Source: a virus
Virus record (IMG/VR): IMGVR_UViG_3300043331_002222
DNA: 64,000 bases
Reading direction: 5' to 3' (one strand)
The notes beneath the pieces are model-generated. The model had not been told where the DNA came from, did no database searches, and was given only the letters and a program-made list of their open reading frames with translations. Position numbers and translations under genes: made by a program. Below, in pieces: positions 53,469 through 61,925 of this stretch (positions are counted from its first letter, which is position 1; every line of letters starts with the position of its first letter).

Positions 53469-53669
53469 TCAAGCGGGGTTGTGCGTCGTCAGCGTCCCGT
53501 TGACCTGACGCTTGAACACCACCGCGTCGATGTAGCGGTCGAACGTGGTCCTCGAGCCGTCTGGCGAGATCACCGTGAACTGGGGCGGTGTGTGCCGTCC
53601 GCTCGCGATCGCAGCCGCCACGTCCGGGCTGACCGTCTGCCGTGCCTTGCCGCAGCTTGTGCACCCCAT
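53469..53669 (-). CDS. Small head-module protein
   Basis: MGCTSCG N-terminus; coupled to the protease gene. Confidence 0.6.
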   Translation of the reverse strand: MGCTSCGKARQTVSPDVAAAIASGRHTPPQFTVISPDGSRTTFDRYIDAVVFKRQVNGTLTTHNPA

Positions 53670-55708
53670 CAGCGCTTGACCACCTTCCTGACCCGGAGGG
53701 TCCCGTGTCCATCTCCTCGCTTCTGCAGCTCGCGGTAGCGCTCCGCTCGCTCCTCGGTCACGACCCCAGCGGCGGTCAGCGCGAGCATGTCGTCGTTGTC
53801 CATCCGCGCCCGCATCCGCGGCACGGGGAACCCAGGGACGTTGACCGCGAGGATGGCGACGAGCTGCATCCGGCCACCGATTCGGCGCCAGTCACCGCTG
53901 AGCGAGGCACTGCGCAGCTCGCGGAGCCGTCGCTCGCTCAGCCCGGGTCGGACCGAGCCAGCGACCCAGATGCCGTACTGGTCCTCGCCGACCACGACGT
54001 CCGCCGCAGCGAACCCGGTCTGGTCGTAGTGGGCCGCTGCTGGCGCGGCTCCGTACCGCGCTGCGGCGTGACCGGTTCCCAACGTGACGTGACCGACTCC
54101 GACGAGCTTGCCCTCGCGGGTCTTCAGCTCACCCTTGAGGAAGTAGGAGTAGGTGGAACCGCGCGGCGGAGTGACGCAGCGGTCGGCGAACGTGGTGTGG
54201 CACGTGCCCCACAAGCACAGGTGACCGTAGGCCTTGCCACCGTCGTCGATCGTCCACGGAGTCGGCCCGGGCAGCTGGGGGTTCTTGATCCAGTTCCCCG
54301 GCGGGTAGAGCGGCGCGATCACCTCGTCGTTCCCACCGACCCGGACCGCCGAGGCGACCAGGACGTCCTCGAGGGCTGCGAGCTCGGGCGGGGTCTTGCC
54401 CCCGGCCCGGAGGTGTCCGGCCAGGTGGCTGTGGACCGCGGACCGGTCACCACCGGGGATCGACGAGCCGCCCCTGGCCCCGTTCAGCGCGGCGATCCCG
54501 GCCGAGCATGCGGTCATGTTGGCCGGCCCGCCCGGGCTGTTGTGGTGGGGGAACTTCAGGTCGGCCTTCACGACCTTGCCGTCTTCGACGGCGCCGTCGG
54601 CCATCCACGCGTACATGCCCCTCGCGGTCGCTACCGGCATCGGCGAGGGGAGGCGCGACTGGACCGAGCCCGCGTCCCAGCTACCCTCAGCGGTACCGGT
54701 CTTGTGACCAGAGATCGCTCCGAACGTCTCCACGGGGTGGGAGAGAGCTGCCACGACCACGTCCTCCTCTTCGAACTCCTCCACCGTACCGAGGTGGATG
54801 CGCGCCTCGACGAACGCCGGCAGGGCCACCATGGTCGCACCCCGGAGCCGGCCTCGGTGGAACACCACCTTGTCGGGCGGCGGGCCGAACAGCATCAGGA
54901 TGCCGTCCTCACCTTCGTCCGCGGTCTCCTCTGCGGGTGTGTCCGGGAACACGAGCTCGACGTCACTGTCCTTGACGCTGTCGACGTCGACGCTGATCCC
55001 ACCGGCGAGCTCGTTGCGCAGGTCTTCGGTGACCGGTGCGTCCCGCTTGATGACGCCCCACCCCCGGATGAGATTGCCGTCTCGCTCGATGCGCTGGATA
55101 CGCCCGACCACGATCGAGTGGCCGTGTCGCTCTTCGGACTGCTCCTGCCAGCTGAGCGGAACTACGACCTCCTCGAGGTCGGGCCACTCGAGGCTGCCCG
55201 GGGCGAACTCGCGCCCGTCCCCGGTCTCCGTCCCCTCAACGGCCAGGACCCCGTGCCACGGCTCGAGGGGACCCTCGAGGGCCATCTCCTCGTCGTTGTC
55301 CATGCACGTACCATCCGGCATGCGGTGCTGGTTGGGACCGCACTCCTCGCGCTCGTCGTCCTGGTAGGACTGCCCGCGCCGGTTGCGCCGAAGGCGCTTA
55401 TCCCGGTCCGTGCCCTGGTTGGGCCTCCCCCCGAACCCACCGTTATCGGTGGCGTTGGTGAAGCTGTTAGTGACGGCCATGGTTGCGACCTCCTCGGCCT
55501 CGGGCCGATTCACGACCAGTTGTACCAGTTCCTCCGCCAGCTCGGCCAGCCCCTGGTCCGCCTCCGAAGCGTACAGGGCCGCGAGCTGGTCCTCAGCGGA
55601 GCTCCGCGTGGCGTGGCAGAACTCGGCCTCGGTGTCACCCTTCTTCACGATGCCAAACGGCCGCGAGGCCGGACAACCGGGTGCGTTCGCTACGATGTCC
55701 CAGGGCAC
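53669..55708 (-). CDS. Capsid maturation protease / prohead protein
   Basis: WHGVLAVEGTETGDGR, HGHSIVVGRI, GISVDVD, GATMVALPAF; C-terminal GHLCLWGTCH...AGSVRP...LSGDWR. Confidence 0.78.
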   Translation of the reverse strand: MPWDIVANAPGCPASRPFGIVKKGDTEAEFCHATRSSAEDQLAALYASEADQGLAELAEELVQLVVNRPEAEEVATMAVTNSFTNATDNGGFGGRPNQGTDRDKRLRRNRRGQSYQDDEREECGPNQHRMPDGTCMDNDEEMALEGPLEPWHGVLAVEGTETGDGREFAPGSLEWPDLEEVVVPLSWQEQSEERHGHSIVVGRIQRIERDGNLIRGWGVIKRDAPVTEDLRNELAGGISVDVDSVKDSDVELVFPDTPAEETADEGEDGILMLFGPPPDKVVFHRGRLRGATMVALPAFVEARIHLGTVEEFEEEDVVVAALSHPVETFGAISGHKTGTAEGSWDAGSVQSRLPSPMPVATARGMYAWMADGAVEDGKVVKADLKFPHHNSPGGPANMTACSAGIAALNGARGGSSIPGGDRSAVHSHLAGHLRAGGKTPPELAALEDVLVASAVRVGGNDEVIAPLYPPGNWIKNPQLPGPTPWTIDDGGKAYGHLCLWGTCHTTFADRCVTPPRGSTYSYFLKGELKTREGKLVGVGHVTLGTGHAAARYGAAPAAAHYDQTGFAAADVVVGEDQYGIWVAGSVRPGLSERRLRELRSASLSGDWRRIGGRMQLVAILAVNVPGFPVPRMRARMDNDDMLALTAAGVVTEERAERYRELQKRGDGHGTLRVRKVVKR

Positions 55709-55711
55709 GCG

Positions 55712-58700
55712 CTACCCCTGTCCTGTCAGGGGGTTGCCCGCGGTCAGACTGACCGGCGGCAGCCCACGGTCGACCGCGAAGTCGTACGCCAGGGCGAGTA
55801 CGTCGAGGATCGGAGCGTCGATCTGCTCCACCGTCATCTCGACGTCGCCCAGGTCCGAGTCCGCGAGGTCATGGCCGACGGTCGCCGCCCACCGGTGGTG
55901 ACCGTCGACGACGTAGTCGTCGTTCGACGTGAAGATGCTCCGGTTCGGGTCGAGCCCCCCTCGCGCCACGACGTCCTCGATAGCAGCGACCTTGGTCCCA
56001 TTGAGCTCCATCTGGGTCGCCTTGAGGTGGCTGGCAGGCCGCTTGACCCGCTTCATCTCGATCCCCATGCTGGCCAGGTGCTCCCGGAACGCCGGTGCCA
56101 GGTCCACCTCGCCACGGCTGTCGCGAGTCAGGTTCTGGTCGGCCCACGAGCCGGGCTCGGGCACTCCACCGAGCTGCGGCATCTGAGCCCGAGTCAGTCC
56201 CTTGTGCTCAGCGCAGAACAAGTTGGTGCCCTTGACCGACACGTCGCACAGGTCGTAGGTCTCGGCCTTCTCGCCCGCGTCCACGGCCGCTTGCGCCCGC
56301 TTGGCCAGCTCATCGAGCAGGGTCGCGACCCGGTCGGGCTGGTCTAGCTCGACCTTCTTGCCCTGCGCCAGTAGGTCGATGGCCTCCTGGACGTCACTGG
56401 TGTGAATCGGGTCCTGGTCACTGAGCATCGTCCGGGCGAGCCCGTCAGCCGAGAGGTTCTTGAACACCTCGGCCGAACCCTCCGAGCGCCGACCGCGCCC
56501 ACCAGCGTGACTCTGCTGGTCGTGCTTGCCACGCTGGTGAAAGGCCAGCCCGAACTCCTGAGCGAGGTCCTGGTCGTGAAACCCGCTCTTGTCGAAGCGC
56601 CGAGCGAACTCGTACCCGAGGTCGAGCTCGTCGATCAGGTACTCGATTCCCTCGACCGTGCCCTCGTCTACCTCGAGGTCGGTCCGCTGCTCTTCGCTCA
56701 GGACAAACGTCTCGAGGTCGTCGAGCTCGGCCTTGACGAGGTTGCCCTCGCTGTCCCACGGGTTCGGGATCAGGGTCTCGGGCAGCAGGACCGCCTTACC
56801 GGTTCCGGGGCTGCCCGGCGCACCAGCCCAGACCGCGGTGTTGACCCCGTGGTACTCCGAGGCCATGGCCTGCCGGCCCGCTCCCTCGTACATCGAGGAG
56901 TGCTCGAGGTAGGCCTGGTACTCTCCGTGCCGGTCGAAGCCACCGCCCACACCGGCGTGACCGAACACGTCATGCACGGCCCGGAACCGGTCGTACTCGG
57001 GCGTGGTCATCAGCGTGTGGTTGCCACCTAGTCCCGACTGGAGCGTGATGTGCCGGTTGTTGCGCAGGTCCGCGGCCTGGCTGGCCGCGTCCGGGTAGGG
57101 GTCCCCGGCGCTGAACGGGCTGAAGTCGACCGAGATCCCCATGCCGCCCTCGCTCTCGGGCCGGGTCATGAAGTCGAACATGCGCTCGTTCTGCCGTTTG
57201 AACTCGTCGTACGCGGCCTGGACCCGGGGATCGTCAGAGCCGTCGGCCATCCCCTCCCACTTCTCGGCCACGAGGTCGGCCTTGGCGAGCGGCGCTGGTA
57301 CCTCGCTGATGTCAACGTCGGGGTCGGGCAGTCCCTCCTGGTCCCGGTAGCGCTGAGCACCCTCGACGATGTAGTCGACCTCCGGATACTGCTCGCGCAC
57401 CTCAAACAGCAGCGCGTGCTTGACGTCCGGCGGTAGCCCGTTGACGAGGCGGCCGTGCCAGTCGAACAGGGCCTCGCCCTCCATACGGGGGTGAGCCTCG
57501 AGGTACGCGTCGACGCTGCCGACGCCCGGGATGCTGAGGTCGCTGCTGCGCCGCCGGCCACCCGCGTGTGACTGCTGATCGTGCTTCCCGGGCAGGTGGA
57601 ACGTGGAGGGTGCCGCTAGCCCGCCGGCGGCGGCGACCGCGACGAGCTGCTCCTGCTCGTCCGAGAAGACCCACAGGACTGTGCACCGGCAGTTGATGAC
57701 CTCTTCAGCCGGCCCGTCCGGGTCACCCGGGAACTTCAGCCGACCGTCACCGACCTCGAACGGGTCGAGCAGCCCGACCTGCTGGCCGTTGGCCCGCCGG
57801 TGCGTGTCACGGGTCCGACTGTCGTTGGTGGCCAGCCACTCCTTGCCAACGGGCGCCTCTTCCCCGAGCAGCTGGACCTGCGCGAACGCCCCGGCGTTGT
57901 ATGCGCCCACGACCTCGGTCCGCGCGATGGTCTGGGCGCGAACTCGGGTTGATGCGAGGACCTCGCGGACCCGCCGGGCAAGCTGGTCGATGTCCTCGCC
58001 AAGGCCGATCCCGTCGAGCAGCTGTAGGCGGGTGCGCCGCCACAGGTCGTCCCCGACACCGACGAGACGGTTCCGAGCCTGCATCAGATGTACCTCGGCG
58101 ATGGTGCTGGCGAGGTCGAAGCTGACCGGGAACTGCGAGATGTAGTCGATCAAGACCGTAAGGGTGTCCCGCGCACCGTCATGCATGAACACCCCGATCT
58201 GGGGCATCAGAGTCGAGATGAGCTCGACTCGCCAGGCCTGCTCGATCGCGGTCAGATCGTCGACGCTCACTGCAGCCGGGTCGACCGAGGCGAGGATCGA
58301 CTGTCCCAGCGGGAAGTCATAGGTGTTGTCACCGTGCGCGAAGCGCAGCCGGTCGAACATGATCGGCCCTGTCCGGTCGAGCGCCTCGCTGACGTGTCGG
58401 TCGGTCGGGTTGTAGGCCAAGGTGACGTGTGGCACCCAGGGCTGGTGCTGCTCGGGCAGCTGCCAGTCCTCGGCTCCGGCCGCGACCTGCGAGTCCTGTA
58501 GCGCCTTCATCGCCAGACGCCGGACCTCGGGCAGCCACGCACCGCCGATCCCGAGCACCAAGGCCGGGTCGTCACCGTTGGGGTTGAACCGGTTGACCGA
58601 GAACGCGTTGCCCTGGTACAGGGTCAGGTCCTCGGCCTGAGCGTCTAACGTGTCGCGCAGCTCGCTAACGAGCTCATCGGGCATCTCGGCGGCCTCACCG

Positions 58701-59032
58701 AGGAACCACAGGGTCAGGTGGAGCTCCTCGGACGGCTCGCCGCCCTCGAGCACGAGACGGTCGAGGTCCCGGTCCTCTGGGACCAGCGCGAGCATCGCAC
58801 CCGTGTGCTGCTGGCTCCCAGCAGCGGTCACGAACTCGCCGAGTGACCCGGTCCCGGCCCGGATGGCCCGGCGGAGCGCCCGGTCGACCAGGCCCTGGAA
58901 GCGCTCGACCCGTTGCTCGAGGTTGAGCTCGTCGGTGGCGTTGACCGCCGCCGCAGTCAGTTCCTCGGTACCGACCTGCCTGGCGAACATCTCTTCCTCG
59001 GTGAACTTCGGGTCAGGTTGAGACAGCAACAC
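55712..59032 (-). CDS. MuF head-morphogenesis polyprotein (2H phosphoesterase + MuF + HDxxGH domain + ParB-like domain)
   Basis: HLTL/HVTL pair; RAQTIARTE..KEWL..RTRDTH..FPGDP..INCRC; RAVHDVFGH; VDGHHRWAA. Confidence 0.85.
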   Translation of the reverse strand: MLLSQPDPKFTEEEMFARQVGTEELTAAAVNATDELNLEQRVERFQGLVDRALRRAIRAGTGSLGEFVTAAGSQQHTGAMLALVPEDRDLDRLVLEGGEPSEELHLTLWFLGEAAEMPDELVSELRDTLDAQAEDLTLYQGNAFSVNRFNPNGDDPALVLGIGGAWLPEVRRLAMKALQDSQVAAGAEDWQLPEQHQPWVPHVTLAYNPTDRHVSEALDRTGPIMFDRLRFAHGDNTYDFPLGQSILASVDPAAVSVDDLTAIEQAWRVELISTLMPQIGVFMHDGARDTLTVLIDYISQFPVSFDLASTIAEVHLMQARNRLVGVGDDLWRRTRLQLLDGIGLGEDIDQLARRVREVLASTRVRAQTIARTEVVGAYNAGAFAQVQLLGEEAPVGKEWLATNDSRTRDTHRRANGQQVGLLDPFEVGDGRLKFPGDPDGPAEEVINCRCTVLWVFSDEQEQLVAVAAAGGLAAPSTFHLPGKHDQQSHAGGRRRSSDLSIPGVGSVDAYLEAHPRMEGEALFDWHGRLVNGLPPDVKHALLFEVREQYPEVDYIVEGAQRYRDQEGLPDPDVDISEVPAPLAKADLVAEKWEGMADGSDDPRVQAAYDEFKRQNERMFDFMTRPESEGGMGISVDFSPFSAGDPYPDAASQAADLRNNRHITLQSGLGGNHTLMTTPEYDRFRAVHDVFGHAGVGGGFDRHGEYQAYLEHSSMYEGAGRQAMASEYHGVNTAVWAGAPGSPGTGKAVLLPETLIPNPWDSEGNLVKAELDDLETFVLSEEQRTDLEVDEGTVEGIEYLIDELDLGYEFARRFDKSGFHDQDLAQEFGLAFHQRGKHDQQSHAGGRGRRSEGSAEVFKNLSADGLARTMLSDQDPIHTSDVQEAIDLLAQGKKVELDQPDRVATLLDELAKRAQAAVDAGEKAETYDLCDVSVKGTNLFCAEHKGLTRAQMPQLGGVPEPGSWADQNLTRDSRGEVDLAPAFREHLASMGIEMKRVKRPASHLKATQMELNGTKVAAIEDVVARGGLDPNRSIFTSNDDYVVDGHHRWAATVGHDLADSDLGDVEMTVEQIDAPILDVLALAYDFAVDRGLPPVSLTAGNPLTGQG

Positions 59033-59033
59033 C

Positions 59034-59756
59034 CTAGTCCTCCATCATCCGGTTGAGCTCGTTGATGACGGCCTCGGACCGGGGGAAGTACGCCCGGTCG
59101 TTACCCTGGACCATGGCGACCGCCTCGGCGATGTCTTCCATGGGAGAAACGTCACCGTACGACGTGTCACTCACCCCACCGGGTGGCAGCCCCTCGGCCT
59201 CGAGGGCACGGTCGATGATCCCATCGGCAGCATCGTGGATCATGGACCGGACGACGACCACGTGGACCTGGTCACGCCGGAGCTGGGCTACGTCGAGCGT
59301 ACCGGACTCCTGCAGGGCCGCATATGTGGCAACGTGACCCAGCTCGTGGTCCACGATCCAACTGGTCTCGTGGAACGACAGGCTGTTCTCGTCGAGCACG
59401 GCGACTGTCATCTCCCCGGGCTTGGGTTTGAGTCCCCACTCCTCGGCCCCCCACGGGGGAATCGTGATGCCCTCGATCGAATCCGAACCCAGGGCGTCGA
59501 TGCCGACTTGCTGGTCCATCGCAACGAACTGCACGGTGCCCAGATCGTTCTCCGGAAAGCGCTCGTTGAACCGCTCTATGCCGGCCTCGATCTCGGCCCG
59601 CTGCTCAGACGAGAAGTCCATTCCACCACCGAGGGTGGGGCCAAACCTGGCCCGGGCCTGGCCGCCAGTCGTCCTGCGCCCCCTGCCGCCAGCGTGGGAC
59701 TGCTGGTCGTGGCGCCCCGGGAGGTGGAACGTCTCGTCGTGTACCAGCGCTGGCAC
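59034..59756 (-). CDS. Zincin-like protein with N-terminal FHLPGRHDQQSH motif
   Basis: HELGH plus SYG..EDIAEAV. Confidence 0.7.
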   Translation of the reverse strand: MPALVHDETFHLPGRHDQQSHAGGRGRRTTGGQARARFGPTLGGGMDFSSEQRAEIEAGIERFNERFPENDLGTVQFVAMDQQVGIDALGSDSIEGITIPPWGAEEWGLKPKPGEMTVAVLDENSLSFHETSWIVDHELGHVATYAALQESGTLDVAQLRRDQVHVVVVRSMIHDAADGIIDRALEAEGLPPGGVSDTSYGDVSPMEDIAEAVAMVQGNDRAYFPRSEAVINELNRMMED

Positions 59757-59757
59757 G

Positions 59758-61554
59758 TCAGCTCCTCACGGGCTGCGCCGCTCGGAGCGCGACGACGAGG
59801 GCCTCCCGGTCGTAGCCGAACCCCTTGGTCAGCAGCGTGCAGCAGTACGTGTCCAGGCACTGCACGGTGATGACCGGGTCGAGCCCGAGTTCGGCCGCGG
59901 TCTCGGGTAGCCGGTCCCAGGCCCGAGAGAGCAGCTCCTGGGTGTCCGTGACTCCACCGACGCAGCAGTGGGCCTGCTCGGGCGGGCAGTCGACCAGCGC
60001 CTCGGGCTGTGTGGAGCGGTACCGGCTTCTGATCCGGTTCCCAGCCCGCTCCAGGGCTCGGAGTACAAACCCCTCGAGGACCAGCACGGAAGCCGCCGGC
60101 GGTGTGCCCTCGGGAACCTCCCGGGGTGAGTTGCGGGTGAGCGGTGGCCCGTTGGTGTCGCTGCCCGCCTGATCGATGTCCTGACCAGGTAGCCCGGGCT
60201 GGGGACCCTGCCCGTTACCAGCCACTCCCGGTGCAGACGCGGGAGCGGGTGGCTCGATCCCCAGCCCGGCGAGCGCGGTCGGCGCGAGCATCGGGTTCGC
60301 GACCAGCTTCTTGTACGCCCAGTTCTCGATCTCGCTCTGGTCGGGCTTGTCGTGCTCGCTCATCCCGGTCTCACGCCGCAGAGCGTCCCCATCGACCTCG
60401 CCCCGGTCGTACAACAGGACCGCGTTGGCGGAGCGGTCCGGTCGGGTCTTCAGGTTGGCCGTGTTGGCCCAGATGATCAGCCCCTCGGTGTCCTCCCCCT
60501 GGGCCGAGAGGTACGGGTGAAGGTAGCCACCGGTGAGCGCGCCGGTCACGACCTCGAGGAGGGGCTCGGCGTGGATCTTGACCCCGGACTCCTCGAGCTG
60601 CCACGCGCCCCAGTGGCTCATGTCGCCCAGCCCGGTCAGGACCTCGGCCGGCACGTCCAACGCGATCGCACCCTGCCGTAGGGCCGAGTTGCGCAGGTCG
60701 ATGACGTGCTCCGAGAGCAGGGTCGCGAAGTCCAGGTGGTTGAACTTGTCGACCAGCTCGGCCGCGACCTCGACGGGGATCGGCACGAGCTGCGCCGCTG
60801 ACCCCGGAGTCTGGACCGCGGTCATCATCACGTCCATGACCTCGGTCACGAACGGGTGAACGCCCTCCGGCAGCTCCTTGCCCGCAGCGGTCGGGAACGA
60901 GGCCTCGGTGGGGAACACCAGGATGCCCGCCGAGGCGATCCGGCTGGCCAGAACCGCGTCGATGTACTGGCCGATCCGCCGGAGCTCTCGCAACGAGCTG
61001 AGCGCGGCTCGGGCTGGGCTGTCCGGCATCCAGTAGTAGCGCTCGTCGGGCCGCCAGACCTTGACCACGAGGGTGTCATCGGGGAGGACGACCCAGTTGC
61101 GCCCCACGTCCACCTGCAGCTCGTACACCGCGGGGTTGGTCGGAGTCGCGGGCTTCTTGAGCCGCAGGACGTCCTCGCTGTAGACCTTCCAGCTCTCTCC
61201 GTCACCCTGGTCGGTCGCGACGAGGTAACCGACGCCGGGCACTGTCAGGTACGTGCCCAGCGCCTTGAGCATCGCGGTCTGCCCGTCGAGCCCGCCGGCG
61301 AGGGCGTCCACGGCGTCGACCGCCGGCCCCGAGGTGAGCGGCTCGGGCTCGCTCCCGGGCCGGACCCGGGCGGCCTGCAACCTGGCCCGGCTGACCAGGT
61401 TCGAGATCCAGTTGGCCGCGAAACGGAGCGGACCCGAGTCGTGGTAGAACGCCCACGCCTCGTCCTGCCAGGCCTGCTTCTGACGCCGGGGATCGTCGAG
61501 GCGGCTGCCCTCGAGGACCTGCGCAGCCGCGGTCAGGCTACTTGGCTTGGTCAC
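59758..61554 (-). CDS. Portal protein
   Basis: WQDEAWAFY, LRFAANWISN..SRARL, SRIASAGIL, VPAEVLTG...HW; position after terminase. Confidence 0.88.
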   Translation of the reverse strand: MTKPSSLTAAAQVLEGSRLDDPRRQKQAWQDEAWAFYHDSGPLRFAANWISNLVSRARLQAARVRPGSEPEPLTSGPAVDAVDALAGGLDGQTAMLKALGTYLTVPGVGYLVATDQGDGESWKVYSEDVLRLKKPATPTNPAVYELQVDVGRNWVVLPDDTLVVKVWRPDERYYWMPDSPARAALSSLRELRRIGQYIDAVLASRIASAGILVFPTEASFPTAAGKELPEGVHPFVTEVMDVMMTAVQTPGSAAQLVPIPVEVAAELVDKFNHLDFATLLSEHVIDLRNSALRQGAIALDVPAEVLTGLGDMSHWGAWQLEESGVKIHAEPLLEVVTGALTGGYLHPYLSAQGEDTEGLIIWANTANLKTRPDRSANAVLLYDRGEVDGDALRRETGMSEHDKPDQSEIENWAYKKLVANPMLAPTALAGLGIEPPAPASAPGVAGNGQGPQPGLPGQDIDQAGSDTNGPPLTRNSPREVPEGTPPAASVLVLEGFVLRALERAGNRIRSRYRSTQPEALVDCPPEQAHCCVGGVTDTQELLSRAWDRLPETAAELGLDPVITVQCLDTYCCTLLTKGFGYDREALVVALRAAQPVRS

Positions 61555-61903
61555 GCACGCTCTCCAAGGTCAGCTCGTCGAGGGCCTGCTGGTTCGTCAG
61601 GTGATCGTGCAGCATGACGGCGAAGCCGCTCACCAGTGCTCCACTGACCCAGACCAGGGCTGGGAGCGCCAGGTCACTCGACCACCAGGTCAAGAGGGTG
61701 ACCAGCCCGCTCACGTAGAACCCGGCGCACCAGGGACACGTGACCAGGTAGGCTCCCGTCGAACCCTCCCCGGCCCGTCGGACTACCCAGTCGCGTACTC
61801 GAGCCACGGGTGGCAGCGTCGCCCTGGTGACCACGTACGTCGCGTAGGCCGCTGTCAGCCAGACGGCGAGGAACGTGGCGAACACGGGGCTGATCATAAT
61901 CAC
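61538..61903 (-). CDS. DUF1360-like membrane protein
   Basis: TM helices with LVTCPWCAGFYVS. Confidence 0.75.
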   Translation of the reverse strand: MIMISPVFATFLAVWLTAAYATYVVTRATLPPVARVRDWVVRRAGEGSTGAYLVTCPWCAGFYVSGLVTLLTWWSSDLALPALVWVSGALVSGFAVMLHDHLTNQQALDELTLESVRDQAK

Positions 61904-61925
61904 CAGCCGCCCGAGGCTGCCATGG

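Noticed and set aside
53642-56347. 901-aa plus-strand ORF
   Set aside because: Antisense to the protease and MuF genes, which have clear motifs
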